Shown here: in pieces, positions 57,401-64,000 of the stretch
Numbering within the stretch: position 1 is the first letter of the stretch
Layout of the letters: every line of letters begins with the position of its first letter
Origin: the human T2T-CHM13v2.0 reference genome, Homo sapiens
Assembly (NCBI RefSeq): GCF_009914755.1
Contig: NC_060944.1
DNA length: 64,000 nucleotides
Reading direction: 5' to 3' (one strand)
The notes under the pieces: model-generated
Databases searched by the model: none
Seen by the model: the letters and a program-made list of their open reading frames with translations, nothing else
Told to the model about the DNA's origin: nothing
Position numbers and translations under genes: made by a program

Positions 57401-59045
57401 GGCAGGGGGCGGCCATGCGGAGAGCTGCTGACCCAACGGGAAACCTCAGGAACAGCCACGCTGGGCCCTTGGATCATGGACTCAAAGCAGAACCAACCCT
57501 GGGTCAGACGCAGAGCGGGGCGCTGGCCAGGCTGTCAGGGCAGGAGGGTTGTGGGGGTGGGTTCTATCCTACCCTCCTCCGGGGAGTCACCTTGGGCAGG
57601 GACCTGGCTGACCAGTACCGGCCCACCAAGAGCCCCTTTGGCCCCCAGCCAGGTGGGGGCCATCAGGGGAGGCCATTCCTGAGAACACAGAAGCTCATCT
57701 GGGGATTCGGGAATGAACCCTGGACTGGAAAAGCTAGACTCACCTCCTGGGGGCCACAGGGCTTCCAGGACCCAGGAGGTCGGAGAAGCTTCTGCTTGGG
57801 GAGTCCCAGGCTGGGTGCCCAGGGGCCCTCCACGGAGACACCCTCCCTGTAAGCGGCCTGGCATTTCCCTCTGGGATCTTCTCCCTACCCCAGAACCCTC
57901 TCATATCACAGTCCACGGAGGGTCTGCTAAGGGCACACTCAAGGCCACACGCAGGCTGGGGCACACTCGTGGGGCACACACCCCTCTCGGCCCAGGTGGG
58001 CGCCCGACCAGCTTGTGACCAGTCTGCCCCTCACTCCCATCCCAAAATGCCTCTCACACAAAATGGCCGGTCCCGGAGCTCAGCGGGTCCCTTGTTCAGC
58101 TGGGATGGGAGAGCAAGCGCCCTGGCGCGGGGAGGCTGTGCACACCGGCCGCACAGGCCGCACACGCAGCGGGCCGTGCAATTCCACATGCGAACACCCA
58201 GGTGCACACGGACGCAGGCTTCGGCCGCCCCCCGCCAGCCCTGCCCCAGGAGGCAGCCGTGCCCTGAGCCTCGCCCGGGAAGAGGGGACAGCCCCTTCCA
58301 GGCCCAGGGCTGGGGGTCCCAGGTCTGCCGCAGCCCCTCCCCCGGGCCTCGCTCTGCCAAGGAGGGGTCCTGAGCCCGGGATGTGCACGGGGGCGGCCGG
58401 CGGCTGCAGAGATGGGACAGCGCAGGAGCTGAGCGCAGGAGCTGAGGGGGTTCGCGGGGCCAGGGAGGGGCGTCGGCGCCGAGGGGGCAGGACAGACAGC
58501 TGCGCTCAGCCCGGGCTGGGGTGGGGGGGTCATGGGAGGGCCCCTCCCCCATCTCAGGAACCCAGAAGCTCACCCTAGTCTGAGGGAGAGCGGCTCGGGA
58601 GGATGGCGGAGGACAGGCCAGACCCCTCCCCCCCGCCCTCGCTTGGTCGGGCGGCCCCAGCCCCGCGGGTCCCCGAGAGTCCCGGAGAGTCCAGACCCAG
58701 CGCTGCCGCCGTCCCTCCCCGGCCGGCCCTTTGTTCGGCGCAGAGGCCGCGGGGAGGGGCCTCCCAGGCTGAGGAGGGGGCTGGGGCGGCCGCACGTCTC
58801 TGTCCTGCGGGCCTGGAGCCCCCACCCCGACCTGAGCGGCCCCGACCCCGGAATCCTTCCTGCCCGCGCGCTGTACAATCGCTCTCCGGTCTCGGCCCAG
58901 CACTCCCGCCGGGGAGCGCCGGCCCCGGACCCAGACCCAGGGGCAGGGAGCCAAACCCGCCGCAGCCAGCCTGGCCGGGGTCGCCGATGGGGTCGCCGAT
59001 GGGGGTCGCCATGGGGGTCGCCACGGGGGCCCCGCCGGCCACTCA

Positions 59046-60110
<1,065 letters not shown>

Positions 60111-62828
60111 TCAGCTGGGCCCTGGGAGTGGACGCCTCCGGGAAGGGATGGGGGTAGGGGCTCTCCCCAAGACTCTGTTAGGGCTCAGCCCATGGTGACC
60201 TCATGCTCTCGGTGTCAGGGTTGCCCAGGCAGTAGGACCCCCTAGACCCCAGGGTGTGTGCAGGGAGGGTCTGTGGAGGCTGGAGGCACCCTGCAAGGAA
60301 AGCAGCCCAGGGGAAAGGGGGTGGCCACAGAGGCCGGGAGGCAAGAAGAGGAGCAAGGGCCATGGGGTGGGGGATGGGAGAGAGTCACTCCTAGAGGGCC
60401 TTGAAGCCCCCCAAGGGGCCTGGACTTAGTTATGCAGACCCCAGAAGGGGCCTGTGGCAGGGGCAGGGACTGGAGGGTGGCCCCAGGGCAGCAGACAGGC
60501 CAGCAGGAAGCCCAGTGCCACACCTCGGGACAAAGGAGGCAGATCTGTGCCTCCTGGACACAGATGGGACGGTGTTTCCTTGGGGGCAAGTGCGCGGAGG
60601 TGGCCTCCCCCCTGCCGGCAGCCATGTGTCCTGGGAGGGGTCCCTCTGGAGCTGCTGCTGGGAGACCAAGGGACCCCTGCGGCTCAGTGCTGCCCGCCCT
60701 GTGAGGTGCCCCGCCACTGGGCCTTCCTCTGCACATCCAGGAGGGGTGTCATCTTCGAGTGCGTCTCTGACTACATCCAGCCTGTTTGCACGTTCGCCTG
60801 GCACCATGGGTTCTACCCAGAGAAAGGCCCTCTGCTGAATCGCTGGCGCCGTCCTCGCAGGTGACCTGCTCATAAAACAGCCCTAACCCTGGTGCAGAGT
60901 GAGCTCTTGAGTTGTGTTTGCCCTTTGGTTTCCAGAGCTAGTGGCCACGGGGCCTGTTTTTGTTGTTGTTGTTTTGTTTTTAACTAGGCTGAATACAGAA
61001 GGGTCGGTGCAGGCAGAATGCTAACCTGTACGTTATCCAGGACGTTGGGGATAGACGGCAACTTACACAAGCTTGTGCACATCCAGGGGTACTTTCTGGA
61101 TCCCCGCCTCCCTGCCTCTGTGCCCACGCATTGGCTGTGATTACCAGCATGAAGTGGGCTTGCCCCAAGCGGCTGCGGTTTCTCTCGATTGTTAAGGGAG
61201 GAGGCACCAGCCTGGTGCTTTCAGGGGAGGGAGAGGACTTCAGTATGCAGAAGGAAGAGAGCACCGTGGCATCTCCCTGCACACGCTGGCTGGTGCCGCT
61301 GGTCTTTCCCACTCACCAGAAGACCCGAGGGAGCAGCCGTAGCTCAAAATGTAAACCCTGCAGGGCTGGGGCCCCTCATCCTGTGGGGGGAAGCCCCAGA
61401 CTATCCGGTGCCCCTCGGCAGTGCCCGGGCTACACGTGACCTCTCCTGGGCAAGCAGTCATCTCAGGTTTGATGTCAGAGCCCAGTGGGACCCAAGGTCA
61501 GGGCTGATCCACAGAGGATGAAGGAAAAGTGACCCCAGTTCCCGTTTGAGCAGATGCACCAGAGCTGAGATGGGAGCAAGGATTAAGGTGCTCTGGTGTC
61601 CAGGACATTGGGAGAGACAAACCTGTTCATCTTATTTTTCAGAAAAAAAAGGGGAAAACCCTGCTGAGGTCTTGGGGAGCCATCGGCTGGCTTCACAGCC
61701 TCCTGGGGGTGGCCGAGAGTGGCATCCCCCGTGGGGATGCCGGGCTGGAGGGGCCGGCTCAGGATGCAGGTGGAGCTTTGCACCCTGCAGCTCGCGGTTC
61801 TCCCGTCTACAAATGGCGTTGGCTCCAGCAGCTTTGCCACACCTTGGAAGGTTCTGGAAAGTGAATCCTGCATCAAGGCTTGAAAATCCTTGCTTCCTCC
61901 TTTGTTTAGGATGTCCTTTCAAAGAGCTAGCTCATTAATCATTTATGTTTTTAATTTTGTGTCTTGCACACCCACGGGCTACATTGTCAGCAATCTGGTT
62001 ACCCGCATGCCTGCCCCCTGTCCCCTCCTCTGCGCCCAGGCAAAGTGGGTCGTGAAAATGCCCAGTTGGGGTAAATTTCATCCAAGCAGGAGGAATTCCA
62101 TTTATGTAAAAATAGATGGGAAAAGCGTTCAGGCTCAAACAATCTTTGCCAAGACCGCATCGACAGGACTCCAGAGAGGATGAGCAGAATTCAGACGTAC
62201 GTGGTGCCCAGCTCCAGCGGAGGAGACAGTCAGTCTTCGCCCAGGCGGCCAGGGCAGCAGCGGATTCCACGCGGGCGCTGTCCCTTCAGCACCTCCAGCA
62301 CCATCCTCTCCCCGGAACCTGCAAGCCCAGCCCCTTCTCTGGTCTCCTCCAGGCAAGTAACCTCAAGGCCTCCCCAGTGTCCCACGTCACTGGGCTGCAC
62401 TAAGCGACCAGAGAACATGAAGATTGTACTGCCAGAACTGGCTGCTCCTGCCGATCAAGGCCAGCTCATCTGTCCCCAAAGTCCTCTGGTGGGCTCCCTC
62501 CCCAGCAGAAAGCAAACCACAGGGGCTGTGACCGCCTACTGCCCGGGCTCCCCCGGGCTTCCCGAACTGTCCTTCTCCCTGGAGCCTGGCGCAGAGAGGG
62601 GCCCAGAGTCAATGGTTGTTGGAGGACAAACTGAAGCACATCTGGGTCACTGCCAGGGAGAACCCACAGGGTAACCCTGCCCATATGGTGCTGGTCACAG
62701 AGCAGACTCGGTGCCCTCCAGAACCCACGCCTGTGCTCTCCCTCAGGTGCAGGTGCAGTCCTGCTGGGTCATGACTCCAGTCTCACAGGCTCGGCACTGG
62801 AATGGTGGGACCAAAAGTGAAAAACCGA

Positions 62829-64000
<1,172 letters not shown>

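Overview
Primate (almost certainly human, 20q13.33 subtelomeric, GC-rich) genomic DNA containing the 5' part of KCNQ2 (Kv7.2 M-current K+ channel) on the minus strand. It covers the CpG-island promoter and exon 1 (ATG at 59342) through exon 12 (ends 3291). The twelve exons all have GT/AG boundaries and give 1301 coding nt. Exons 13 onward lie left of the window. Introns hold at least six large VNTRs or simple repeats, about 16 Alus, and L1, Tigger1, MaLR and ERV remnants. Nearly all long ORFs in the track are GC-rich or repeat artefacts. I found no new protein-coding system. The strongest signals are at the RNA level: (1) a modular AG-ended phase-2 cassette block (exons 9-12) with a distal branch point, RBFOX clusters and a hairpin; (2) symmetric pore exons 5-7, two of whose acceptors are abutted by or built from tandem repeats; (3) a uORF and an in-frame CUG; (4) a divergent REST half-site pair; (5) the intron-8 short isoform and a candidate intron-10 polyA site. 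Repeat subfamily calls are from recall, not from RepeatMasker.
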